From NCBI GenBank assembly GCA_045652765.1, contig JAZOLG010000049.1, forward strand, positions 219-64,218: a DNA stretch of 64,000 nucleotides, in the 5' to 3' direction. The stretch comes from Bacilli bacterium (lineage in GTDB: Bacteria > Bacillota_I > Bacilli_A > ML615J-28 > CAG-313). Each line of letters begins with the position of its first letter. The stretch's first letter is position 1. The translations under genes and the position numbers were made by a program. Shown one piece after another: positions 1-8,707 of the stretch. The notes below the pieces were generated by a model. It did not search any database. It was not told the DNA's origin and saw nothing but the letters and a program-made list of their open reading frames with translations.

Positions 1-1
1 A

Positions 2-1462
2 AAATTAAGTAAAATATTTTTTGTAATTATTGGTTTATTATTAGTAGCAGGATGTGTACCACAAGGTGGTCAACAAACAAAAGACGAAAATAAACTTAAA
101 TATGTTTTAAATGGTGGCGAATTTGAAGGCGAATATCCAGAAGAATTCGAACTTAATGTTGAATTAGAATTACCTGTTCCAGTAAAAGAAAATGCTGAAT
201 TTGCAGGATGGTTTTTAGATGCTGCTTTTAAAGGAGAAGCTGTAACTAAGATTTTAGAAACTGAAAGTAAAAATATTACTTTATATGCTAAGTGGAATGA
301 AGAAACTGAACATGTTCACGAATATATTGATGGTGTTTGTTCATGTGGTGATGCATTAGTAGATGAAGATGTTATTTATACTATTGAGTATGTTTTAAAT
401 GATGGTGTTTTACCAGAAGATGCTAAATTTGAATATTATCAAGGTGAAAACTATGAACTACCAACACCAAGAAAAGTTGGTAAAAAGTTTGTTGGTTGGC
501 GTGATTATGATACAAATGCTCCTGTAACACATGTTAATAGTGGTAACGTAAAAGTTTACGCAATTTTTGAAACTGCTGAAGTTATTTGTAATATTGAATA
601 TGTTTTAAATGATGGAATCATGCCAGATGAATATATTACAACTTATAAAGAAGGTGTTGCTACTGCACTTCCAGCTCCTAAAAAAGAGGGATACTATTTT
701 AGAGGTTGGTATACAGATTTAGAATGCACTAAAAAAATAGTTGCAATTACAGCTAAAACATTTGGTGATTTAACACTTTATGCTAAATGGGAAGAAGCAA
801 CAATGGAAAATACTAACATTGCCATTATGGGCGATAGTATTAGTACTTTCTATTCTCCAAGTTCTAAAGTAAATAGTATTTGGCAAGGCGAAAATCAATA
901 TTATTATCCAAAATATGCACCTAGTGTATCAAGTGTATCACAAACTTGGTGGTATCAAACAGTTGAAGCTTTAGGCGCAAATCTTCTTGTAAATAATTCA
1001 TTATCAGGAAGTGCTGTTTGTGTTGGAAGTAATAAAGGTATGGACCGTGCACGTGTTTTAAAGAACATGTTTAATAATATAATTCCAGATGTTTTAATTA
1101 TTTACTTAGGTGTAAATGACGGTGTATCTAAAGTAAGTCAACAACAATTTGAACAAGGATATCGTACAATGTTAGATTTAGTGGAAACTAATTTCCCAAG
1201 TTGTCAAGTATTTGTTTGTACTTTACCATATGAAACATATACAGATGGTTTATACCGTGATGGATATAATGATACTATTGAAAAACTTGCAAAAGAATAT
1301 GAAATTCCACTAATTGACTTATCTAACATTTGGGACGCAACAACTGAAAAGAAAAATGATTGGCATTATTTATATGATAACATTCATCCAGGAACACTTG
1401 GAATGCAAAGAATTGCATCTGTTGCGATTAAAACAATTAAAGATTTTTATGGAATCGAATAA
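2..1462 (+). CDS. Lipoprotein (5' end cut by window edge): three Listeria-Bacteroides-type repeats + C-terminal SGNH/GDSL hydrolase
   Basis: Frame 2 is open from nt 2 (KLSKIFFVIIGLLLVAGC = signal peptide + lipobox). The ORF track lists it only from an internal Met at 620. Three ~65-aa repeats have (F/Y)xGW cores and end LYAKW/VYAIF/LYAKW. SGNH blocks are present: GDSIS, NNSLSGS, GVND, DNIHP. Confidence 0.8.
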   Translation, partial: KLSKIFFVIIGLLLVAGCVPQGGQQTKDENKLKYVLNGGEFEGEYPEEFELNVELELPVPVKENAEFAGWFLDAAFKGEAVTKILETESKNITLYAKWNEETEHVHEYIDGVCSCGDALVDEDVIYTIEYVLNDGVLPEDAKFEYYQGENYELPTPRKVGKKFVGWRDYDTNAPVTHVNSGNVKVYAIFETAEVICNIEYVLNDGIMPDEYITTYKEGVATALPAPKKEGYYFRGWYTDLECTKKIVAITAKTFGDLTLYAKWEEATMENTNIAIMGDSISTFYSPSSKVNSIWQGENQYYYPKYAPSVSSVSQTWWYQTVEALGANLLVNNSLSGSAVCVGSNKGMDRARVLKNMFNNIIPDVLIIYLGVNDGVSKVSQQQFEQGYRTMLDLVETNFPSCQVFVCTLPYETYTDGLYRDGYNDTIEKLAKEYEIPLIDLSNIWDATTEKKNDWHYLYDNIHPGTLGMQRIASVAIKTIKDFYGIE

Positions 1463-1490
1463 CTAGGTTAATTTTAACCTAGTTTTTTTT
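1463..1490 (+). terminator. Rho-independent terminator
   Basis: ctaggttaa/ttaacctag inverted repeat followed by T8. Confidence 0.7.
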
Positions 1491-1520
1491 GTTTATGTTA
1501 TAATATTAATAGGTGATTTT

Positions 1521-2042
1521 ATGAAGACAAAAGCGATTACAAAAATAGCGATTTTGACAGCAGTGTTTGCCGTTTTATCAGCTATCGTTATTCCATTCGG
1601 TCTTGTGCCAATTTCTTTATCGACACTTTTTTTATCTGTATTAAGTACGATATTAAAACCAAAAGAAATCGCAATATCCATGATTTTGTATCTTTTCATG
1701 GGTATAATTGGTATTCCAGTATTTGCGGGTTTTCAAGCAGGATTTGGCATTATTTTAGGTCCAACAGGTGGATATTTAATAGGATATATATTTGCGGGTT
1801 TTGTAATGAGTTTCATTAATTATAAAGTGCATAGTAAAAAGATATGGCCTGTTAGTTTTATAATAGGTATTATCGTAACATATTTGTTTGGAACTTTACA
1901 TTTTATGCTTGTAATGAATTGGACTTTTAAAGAAAGTATTGTAATTACTGTTTATCAATTCGCAGTTGGAGATTTGTTAGAATCGATAATCGCAACTATT
2001 GTTAGTTTAGTTTTAAACAAAATATTTACAAAATATCAATAA
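1521..2042 (+). CDS. bioY: BioY-family biotin transporter (ECF S component)
   Basis: 173-aa polytopic membrane protein with the BioY-like stretch GIPVFAGFQAGFGIILGPTGGYLIGYIFAGF. SD aggtga precedes the ATG. Confidence 0.85.
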   Translation: MKTKAITKIAILTAVFAVLSAIVIPFGLVPISLSTLFLSVLSTILKPKEIAISMILYLFMGIIGIPVFAGFQAGFGIILGPTGGYLIGYIFAGFVMSFINYKVHSKKIWPVSFIIGIIVTYLFGTLHFMLVMNWTFKESIVITVYQFAVGDLLESIIATIVSLVLNKIFTKYQ

Positions 2043-2073
2043 TTTAGTATAATTAAATAAAGGAGATTAAATT

Positions 2074-3948
2074 ATGAAATATGTTAAGATAATTTTTAGT
2101 TTAGTATTTTTATTCTTGATTACAGGATGTACAGTAAATAATCAAACTGAGCAAGTTGAAGTAACGTACATTGTTGATCAAGAAACAACAAAAGTTTTGG
2201 TTGATAGTGGTAAAATTTTAACAAAACCAGCTGATCCAGTTAAAGAAGGGTATCAGTTCTTAGGTTGGTATAATGAGGATATACTTTGGGATTTTGAAAA
2301 AGATGTTGTTAATAACGCTTTAACATTAACTGCCAAATTTGAAAAAGAAGAACAAACGCCAACTTTTGCAATAATTAATTTAGTAAATGAAGCTGGTGAA
2401 GTTTTACGAACATTTGAAACATCATTAAATGAACCTATTCCACTATTTAGAGTAAATAAAGTCGCAAAAGGTTACAATGTCGTTGGATATACTTATAATG
2501 GTCAACCTTGGGATATTGAAAAAGATTTAGTCAAAGGCGATATGGATTTAGTTATGAATTTAGAATTAATTAAATATACAATTAGTTATTATGATGATGG
2601 TAAATTATTAGAAGGATTAGAGCCAACTGAATATACAGTTGAATCTAGTGCATCAATAGATTTACCAGCTGCACCTAAAAAAGAAGGTTATGAATTTGTT
2701 GGTTGGTTCTTTGGTACGACAAGAGTTGTAACATTCTTCTCAAGTGATGCAGAAAACAAAGTTTATACTGCAAAATATGAAAAAATTAAAACGGAAGAAG
2801 ATTTACAAATTAAGTTACCTGAAAATATGTCTCATGAATTTACTAAGATTAATAAGACATTATTATCTGATGGTAAAAATTATGTTTATCAACCAGAATT
2901 ATATGGTCTTGATGTGCCAACAGGTGTAACAAATTATACTTGGACAAGTTTAAATCCTGAGGTAGTTTCAATTTCTCAATGGTCTTCTATGTCAGTAGTT
3001 TCAGCAGGATATGCTGTTATTCAAGCAGTTAATAATAATGATAAATCAATTGTTATTTGTTGTGTTGTTAAAGCAACAGCTGAGGGTATTTTTATTTCAA
3101 GTGTAGAAGAAGCTAACACACTTGTTGTTTATAAAGTAACTTTCTTAGATGAATTTGGTGAAATTATTGATGAACAAGAAGTTCAACAAAATAAGAATGC
3201 GTTACTTCCAACGCCACCAGTAAAAGAAGGTTGGACATTTGTTGGTTGGGACAAAGATCACGTTAATGTTGTTCAAGATATGGAAATTAGACCTACTTAT
3301 ATTGAAGGCACTAGTAATTTTGCGGGAAAAACAGTATCTATTTTAGGAGACAGCATTTCAACATTTGCTAATTATGTACCAGATGGATATTCATGTTTCT
3401 ATCCATATCCATCAGCCGATGTTAAAGATGTTAACTATACTTGGTGGATGAGAACTATTAATCAACTTGGTATGAAACTTCTTAAAAATAATTCATGGAG
3501 TGGAAGCTGTGTATCAGCAGGAACTGGACCAAGTGCTGCTGTTAACGATTCTCGTTTAGTTGAACTTACAAAAGGTACAGAAAGACCGGATATTATTTTC
3601 ATCTTTATGGGTGCAAACGATTGTGGTAGTAGTAACGTATCACTTAGTTCATTCCAAACATCATATAAAACAATGTTAGATAAGATTATGATTTTATGTC
3701 CTGAATCAGAAATATATTTAATGACTTTACCATCAACTGGATTATATAGTGAAGCAGATCGAATCGCATATAACACAGTTATTAGAAATTATGCAAAAAT
3801 TTATGAATTACCACTAATTGATCTTGCTAATTTATATACAACAACTTCATATAAAGATCATGTTGTAGATTCATGTCATCCAAATAATGCTGGTATGATT
3901 GCCATTTCAAAGGCAATTGTAGATGAACTTTTAAAAGAAGTTAAATAG
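2074..3948 (+). CDS. Lipoprotein: Listeria-Bacteroides repeats + Big_2-like segment + C-terminal SGNH/GDSL hydrolase (paralog of 2..1462)
   Basis: Lipobox LITGC. Repeats carry GYxFxGW cores (EGYQFLGWY, EGYEFVGWF, EGWTFVGWD). A Big_2-like stretch reads YTWTSLNPEVVSISQ...VIQAV. SGNH blocks: GDSIST, NNSWSGS, GANDC, DSCHPN. Confidence 0.8.
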   Translation: MKYVKIIFSLVFLFLITGCTVNNQTEQVEVTYIVDQETTKVLVDSGKILTKPADPVKEGYQFLGWYNEDILWDFEKDVVNNALTLTAKFEKEEQTPTFAIINLVNEAGEVLRTFETSLNEPIPLFRVNKVAKGYNVVGYTYNGQPWDIEKDLVKGDMDLVMNLELIKYTISYYDDGKLLEGLEPTEYTVESSASIDLPAAPKKEGYEFVGWFFGTTRVVTFFSSDAENKVYTAKYEKIKTEEDLQIKLPENMSHEFTKINKTLLSDGKNYVYQPELYGLDVPTGVTNYTWTSLNPEVVSISQWSSMSVVSAGYAVIQAVNNNDKSIVICCVVKATAEGIFISSVEEANTLVVYKVTFLDEFGEIIDEQEVQQNKNALLPTPPVKEGWTFVGWDKDHVNVVQDMEIRPTYIEGTSNFAGKTVSILGDSISTFANYVPDGYSCFYPYPSADVKDVNYTWWMRTINQLGMKLLKNNSWSGSCVSAGTGPSAAVNDSRLVELTKGTERPDIIFIFMGANDCGSSNVSLSSFQTSYKTMLDKIMILCPESEIYLMTLPSTGLYSEADRIAYNTVIRNYAKIYELPLIDLANLYTTTSYKDHVVDSCHPNNAGMIAISKAIVDELLKEVK

Positions 3949-3950
3949 CT

Positions 3951-3981
3951 AAAACTGCTTACAAATGTAAGCAGTTTTTTT
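3951..3981 (+). terminator. Rho-independent terminator
   Basis: aaaactgcttaca/tgtaagcagtttt hairpin plus T-run. Confidence 0.75.
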
Positions 3982-4055
3982 ATTTGTCATATTTAGTAAA
4001 ATATGTTATAATAATAGAAATTATAAATATTAAATATTAAAGGTTAGGTACTATT

Positions 4056-5504
4056 ATGTCACAAATTAAATTTTTTAAAGAAACAAACTTGCCACTTGAA
4101 ATGCACAAAGTTAGAATTGTGCAAAAACTTCATTTATTACCAATAGATGAAAGATTACAAAAAATTAAAGAAGCCGGTAATAATACGTTTTTATTAAGAA
4201 ATAAAGATGTTTATTTAGATATGTTAACAGATAGTGGAACAAATGCAATGAGTGATAGACAATTAGGTGCAATGATGATTGCTGACGACTCATATGCAGG
4301 AAGTGAAACATTCTATCGTTTAGAAAAAGCTGTTCAAGAATTCTTTGGGAAAAAATATTTCTTACCAGCCCACCAAGGAAGAGCTTGTGAAAATATATTA
4401 GCTAAAACTTTAGTCAAAGAAGGCGATGTAGTTCCAATGAACTATCACTTTACAACTACTAAAACCCATATTAATTTATGTGGCGGAAGAGTTGAAGAAA
4501 TTTTTAAATGTGAAGCTACTAATTTAAATAGCTGTTGTCCTTTTAAAGGAGATATTGATTTAGAAAAATTAGAAAAATTAATTAATGAAGTTGGACCAGA
4601 ACATATTCCATTTGTTCGTATTGAAATGGGAACAAACTTAATTGGTGGACAACCTGTAAGTTTACAAAATGTTATCGATACAAAAGCAGTTTGTAAAAAG
4701 TATAATATTCCACTAATGATAGATGCATCATTAATTACAGATAATTTATATTTTAATAAAGTAAGAGAAGAAAAATGCAAAGACATGACAATTGCTGAAA
4801 TTGCCAGAGCCATTAGTAATGAAGCAGACATTATCTATTTTAGTGCAAGAAAATTAGGATCTGCTAAAGGTGGAGGAATCGTAGTTGACGATAAAGCTTT
4901 ATATGATCAAATGAAAGTTTTAATTCCAATTTATGAAGGTTTCTTAACATATGGTGGTATGTCAACAAGAGAAATGGAAGCTGTAGCTATTGGACTTGAA
5001 GAAGCGGTAGATATGGATATGATTTCGCATGGACCAGAATTTATTCAAGAGCTTGGAAGAATTTTAACTGAATACAATGTGCCAATTGTAACACCAACGG
5101 GAGGACTTGGACTACATTTGAACGCAAGAGAAATTGTTGGTCATATTAAGGAAGAAGAATATCAAGCAGCAGCACTTTGTTCTGCAATCTATATTGTCAG
5201 TGGTGCTCGTGGAATGGAAAGAGGAACACTAAGTGAAGAAAAAAATCCTGATGGATCAGAACATATCGCAGCTTGCGAACTTGTAAGACTTGCACTTCCT
5301 AGAAGAGTATTTACATTATCACAAATTAGATTTATTGCTGACCGTATTGCATGGCTTTATGAAAATAGACATTTAATTGGTGGCTTAAGATTTACGGAAG
5401 AACCAAGTGTAATGCGTTTCTTTATTGGTCGATTAGAACCAACAAGTGACTGGCAAGAAAAACTTGTTCAAAAATTTAAAGAAGATTTTGGAGATAGTTT
5501 ATAA
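4056..5504 (+). CDS. tnaA: PLP-dependent beta-eliminating lyase (tryptophanase / tyrosine phenol-lyase family)
   Basis: 482 aa. It aligns by eye with E. coli TnaA as I recall it: DMLTDSGTNAMS, DDSYAGSETFY, PAHQGRACE, GGQPVSL, and a PLP-Lys region FSARKLGSAKGGG. Trp versus Tyr specificity cannot be decided from this. Confidence 0.75.
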   Translation: MSQIKFFKETNLPLEMHKVRIVQKLHLLPIDERLQKIKEAGNNTFLLRNKDVYLDMLTDSGTNAMSDRQLGAMMIADDSYAGSETFYRLEKAVQEFFGKKYFLPAHQGRACENILAKTLVKEGDVVPMNYHFTTTKTHINLCGGRVEEIFKCEATNLNSCCPFKGDIDLEKLEKLINEVGPEHIPFVRIEMGTNLIGGQPVSLQNVIDTKAVCKKYNIPLMIDASLITDNLYFNKVREEKCKDMTIAEIARAISNEADIIYFSARKLGSAKGGGIVVDDKALYDQMKVLIPIYEGFLTYGGMSTREMEAVAIGLEEAVDMDMISHGPEFIQELGRILTEYNVPIVTPTGGLGLHLNAREIVGHIKEEEYQAAALCSAIYIVSGARGMERGTLSEEKNPDGSEHIAACELVRLALPRRVFTLSQIRFIADRIAWLYENRHLIGGLRFTEEPSVMRFFIGRLEPTSDWQEKLVQKFKEDFGDSL

Positions 5505-5505
5505 A

Positions 5506-6420
5506 ATGTTTGATTATTTAAATCATATTAATGATTTATATCCAATAAGAAGAAAAGAAGAACAAAAAGAAAACTTTAGAAATTATATATTAGATGAATC
5601 CAAAAAACTAGGATATGATGTTAAGGTTGATAAAATAAAAGAACACAACAATGTTGTAATAGGTAATCCAGAGACTGCTAAAGTTATTTTTACTGCTCAT
5701 TATGATACACCAGCTGCATCACTATTTCCTAATCTTATGATGCCAAGAAACCTAATTTTAGGTTATTTATATGCATTTGGTTACCCAATTATTGTATCTT
5801 TATTATCACTAGCTATTTCATATGGAATAGTAAAATTAACTAATCTACCATTTGAAATGACAGCTCTTATTTTTATTGTTTTATATCTTGGATCATTTTA
5901 TTTAATGACAAGAACTTTTATTAATAAACATAATAAAAATGATAATACATCAGGTATAGCTACAATTCTTTCTTTAATGGATAGAAATAGGGGAAAAGAT
6001 GTTGCGTATATTTTATTTGATAATGAAGAAAAAGGATTACTCGGTTCTAAAGCTTATAATAAAACATATAAAGAACAACTTGATAATAAATTAATAATTA
6101 ATTTAGATTGTGTAGGATATGGTAATAATTTAATATTTATAACTAAAAAAGATGCTGAAAATCATCAATATTTTGATATATTAAAACAAAGTGTTTTAGA
6201 AACTAATGAGTATAGTGTTAATTTTTATGGTACAAAAGGTTCTATGAGTAACTCAGACTATAAAAGTTTTAAATGTGGAATAGGACTTATGACTTGTAAT
6301 AAAGTAAAAGGAATAGGCTTTATAACTACTAGAATACATACAAGAAAAGATACAATCGCAAATACTAGAAACATTGAGTTTATAACTGAAAATCTAACAA
6401 ATTTTGTTAATAAAATGTAA
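5506..6420 (+). CDS. M28-family zinc peptidase with two predicted TM helices
   Basis: M28 blocks FTAHYDT, DNTSGIAT, FDNEEKGLLGSKAY, NLDCVG. I prefer the start at ATG 5506, 1 nt after the tnaA stop. The track start at 5446 would overlap tnaA by 59 nt. Confidence 0.7.
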   Translation: MFDYLNHINDLYPIRRKEEQKENFRNYILDESKKLGYDVKVDKIKEHNNVVIGNPETAKVIFTAHYDTPAASLFPNLMMPRNLILGYLYAFGYPIIVSLLSLAISYGIVKLTNLPFEMTALIFIVLYLGSFYLMTRTFINKHNKNDNTSGIATILSLMDRNRGKDVAYILFDNEEKGLLGSKAYNKTYKEQLDNKLIINLDCVGYGNNLIFITKKDAENHQYFDILKQSVLETNEYSVNFYGTKGSMSNSDYKSFKCGIGLMTCNKVKGIGFITTRIHTRKDTIANTRNIEFITENLTNFVNKM

Positions 6421-6501
6421 AAGCATTATATCTTGTATAATAGATTAAATGTTTAATAACATTTATGAAATTATAATAATATATTATTAAGAGGGAAAAT
6501 T

Positions 6502-7332
6502 ATGAAATTAAAATTATATAAGTTTTTTTTACTTTATGTGATAATTTTATTATTGTTAGTACTTTGTGCTTGTGCTCAACATAATAAAAGTGAGCTAGAT
6601 CTTTTTATAGAACAATATTATCAACATCATCCAAAATCATATGCTTTAGAACCGGGATGGTATGAAATAGATACACATGAATATCACTATAATCAAAACA
6701 ATCAAAAAAAAATGATTGATAAAAATTATGTCGGATATATAAAATTTGATATTGGTTCATTTGCTGGTAAATTATCTGATTTCACATATAAATCTAGAAC
6801 ATCTGTTTTTCATAAAAATGTTCTAACAGAATATTCTGAAAAAAATATAATTGTATATCAAAATCGTTATCTGGAAGAAACTTTATCTAATAATGAAAGC
6901 AATATAACATATGGTTGTAATGATCTTTTATCTAAGAATATAAGTTTTACTATTAATGCAAGTAATAGTACTTTCCTTGTTGATGTCTTTGCTCCAGATA
7001 TTCTAAAAAGTTATTATGAGTCATATAAAAATTATACATGTTTGAGTATTAAGGATTTCGTTTTAACAACAACAGTAGTCTTTCCATATCATGGTAATAC
7101 TGTATATGAACATACTTATAAATATTATTTTGACAATAATTACAATATTCAAAGAGTAGATATAACTACCATTAAAAGATTATTATCATATAGTCAACAA
7201 ACGCTAGATACATACGAAATCATGTATAATTCTACACTACAAAGATTGAATAATTATACTCCTAATTTTGAGGTGTATGAATATGAAAATGAAAAAGAAT
7301 TTAAAACAAATGAAATATATTATACTTTTTAG
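6502..7332 (+). CDS. Hypothetical Tyr/Asn-rich probable lipoprotein
   Basis: N-terminal hydrophobic signal with LCAC(A) lipobox-like Cys. SD agaggg. No family recognised. Confidence 0.5.
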   Translation: MKLKLYKFFLLYVIILLLLVLCACAQHNKSELDLFIEQYYQHHPKSYALEPGWYEIDTHEYHYNQNNQKKMIDKNYVGYIKFDIGSFAGKLSDFTYKSRTSVFHKNVLTEYSEKNIIVYQNRYLEETLSNNESNITYGCNDLLSKNISFTINASNSTFLVDVFAPDILKSYYESYKNYTCLSIKDFVLTTTVVFPYHGNTVYEHTYKYYFDNNYNIQRVDITTIKRLLSYSQQTLDTYEIMYNSTLQRLNNYTPNFEVYEYENEKEFKTNEIYYTF

Positions 7333-7339
7333 AGGAATT

Positions 7340-7685
7340 TAATTATATTTTTAAAAGTATATCAATTTTTTTGTCGTTATTAAATTTAAATATATATAAT
7401 ATAAGTACTATATCTGAAGACAACGATTCTAATGTATTTATCCCAAATTATGTGAATATTAATCCATTGGAAGGCCAAGATTATTATGAATTCAACGATA
7501 GTTATGATGATGCTTTTCATGCCCATTAATATATTACTCATGTTTGGTTAAATAGCATATAGCGCGAGTCTTTTTGTAATTGCGGCGATTCAATAATATG
7601 TGGTCATTCCAAATTTACTCAAGACATAAATTGTGCTTTATGTGGTGGGAGGGCGGATATAGTATTTATTGGACCATTTAATTAA
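7340..7685 (+). pseudogene. Possible frame-shifted remnants of a secreted Cys-rich protein gene
   Basis: No ORF of 60 aa or more in a 376-nt spacer. There are three short pieces in different frames: a signal-peptide-like KSISIFFVVIKF; NISTISEDND...EGQDYYEFNDSYDDAFHAH (7398-7529); and RESFCNCGDSIICGHSKFTQDINCALCGG... (7563-7685). The CNC/CGHS..KF/CxxC order resembles the Cys-rich part of the 27080..30052 protein. Confidence 0.25.
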
Positions 7686-7708
7686 TATTATAGTAAGGAT
7701 GTGGTTAA

Positions 7709-8413
7709 ATGTTTGCATTTTTAGTTAATGCAGCGACTGTTATATTAGGGTCGATAATTGGACTTATTTTTAAAAAGTTTATCAAAAAAGAAACGTGTGA
7801 TCAAGTTTTAAAAGCAATGGGAATTGTCGTTTTACTAATTGGTATAATTGGTGTTTTTGAAAATATGATAACAGTTCAAGATGGTAAAATGTCATCAAGT
7901 GGAACTTTACTTTTGATAATGTCAATCGCAATAGGGACATTTATAGGTGAAGCTTTGAAAATTGATAAACATATGAATGACTTTGGTGATAAGATTGAAC
8001 AAAAGTTAAATAAAGGTAAAATTGCAGATGGATTTATTACAGCAACTTTAATTTATTGTATCGGGTCAATGAGTATAGTTGGTTCAATGGAATCAGCGCT
8101 TGGTAATCCTAACACAATTTATTTAAAGTCAGCTCTTGATGGAATCACATCAATTGCACTTGCATCAACATTGGGTGTAGGTGTTATGCTTTCTAGTGTA
8201 TCGGTTATTGTATATCAAGGCTTGTTAACTTTGCTATTTTACTTTTTAGGTAACTTTATGCCTGCAAGTTTTATCACATCATTTAGTATGGTTGGTTATA
8301 CTATGGTTGCTGCTATTGGTTTTAACTTTATTCTTAAAGATAAGATTAAAGTTGCTAATATGTTACCATCACTTTTAATAGTAATTTTATATCATTTATT
8401 GTTATTAATCTAA
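7709..8413 (+). CDS. DUF554-family membrane protein (YdfK/YqgA-like)
   Basis: 234-aa polytopic protein. The N-terminus MFAFLVNAATVILGSIIGLIFKK... resembles the DUF554 consensus as I recall it. Confidence 0.7.
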   Translation: MFAFLVNAATVILGSIIGLIFKKFIKKETCDQVLKAMGIVVLLIGIIGVFENMITVQDGKMSSSGTLLLIMSIAIGTFIGEALKIDKHMNDFGDKIEQKLNKGKIADGFITATLIYCIGSMSIVGSMESALGNPNTIYLKSALDGITSIALASTLGVGVMLSSVSVIVYQGLLTLLFYFLGNFMPASFITSFSMVGYTMVAAIGFNFILKDKIKVANMLPSLLIVILYHLLLLI

Positions 8414-8422
8414 CATAAATTT

Positions 8423-8454
8423 AAGCAATTGGACTTAAGTTCAATTGCTTTTTT
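8423..8454 (+). terminator. Rho-independent terminator
   Basis: aagcaattg/caattgctt hairpin plus T-run. Confidence 0.7.
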
Positions 8455-8494
8455 CATAAGTCAATTTATGTGTACGTTTTCATTTGAAAACTTA

Positions 8495-8523
8495 TTGACT
8501 TTGTGTGAAAATAGTAGTATAAT
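8495..8523 (+). promoter_or_regulatory. Sigma-A-type promoter of the FMN-riboswitch/ribU transcript
   Basis: TTGACT, 17 nt, TATAAT. Confidence 0.65.
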
Positions 8524-8530
8524 TTTAGTG

Positions 8531-8650
8531 TATTCTTCAGGGCAGGGTGAAATTCCCGACCGGCAGTAAAGTCTGCGAGTTCCGCATCCTTAGGAACATG
8601 ATAAGGTGTAATTCCTTAACCGATAGTACAGTCTAGATGAGAGAAGAAAA
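8531..8650 (+). promoter_or_regulatory. FMN riboswitch (RFN element)
   Basis: Conserved RFN strings are present: cagggcagggtgaaattcccgaccggc...gtctgcgag...ccgatagtacagtctagatgagagaag. It lies directly upstream of a RibU-type transporter. Confidence 0.9.
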
Positions 8651-8664
8651 TCCTTTCTTTTTTT

Positions 8665-8687
8665 GTCGCCCGGTGGCGACTTTTTTT
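8665..8687 (+). terminator. Riboswitch expression-platform terminator
   Basis: gtcgcc-cggt-ggcgac hairpin followed by T7, 20 nt before the ribU SD. Confidence 0.8.
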
Positions 8688-8707
8688 ATTATCAATAAGG
8701 AGGCATT

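Noticed and set aside
4445-4831. 128-aa minus-strand ORF inside the tnaA-like gene. Similar antisense ORFs occur at 3462-3776, 44375-44746, 43910-44221, 44873-45091, 45353-45559, 33302-33544, 34202-34420, 59890-60135, 62840-63064 and elsewhere.
   Set aside because: All lie wholly inside well-supported genes on the opposite strand. They lack SDs and have low-complexity hydrophobic translations typical of shadow ORFs.
6502-7332. Idea that the 276-aa lipoprotein is a paralog of the 286-aa lipoprotein at 26223-27083, which would strengthen the duplicated-module hypothesis.
   Set aside because: By eye the two share only composition (Tyr/Asn/Glu-rich) and size, with no alignable motif. It needs a real alignment, so it is not claimed.
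7385-7412. AT-rich stretch tttaaatatatataatataagtact, considered as a dif (XerC/D) site because xerC is in the window.
   Set aside because: Only about 6/11 matches to the XerD arm and a poor XerC arm relative to the Firmicute dif consensus as I recall it. That is indistinguishable from background in AT-rich DNA.
7486-7551. 21-codon Met-rich ORF (MNSTIVMMMLFMPINILLMFG) and a 27-codon Trp-rich ORF (about 7597-7680) in the 7333-7708 spacer.
   Set aside because: The SD is weak or mis-spaced, and they overlap the other-frame fragments that look like gene remnants. Nothing argues for translation.
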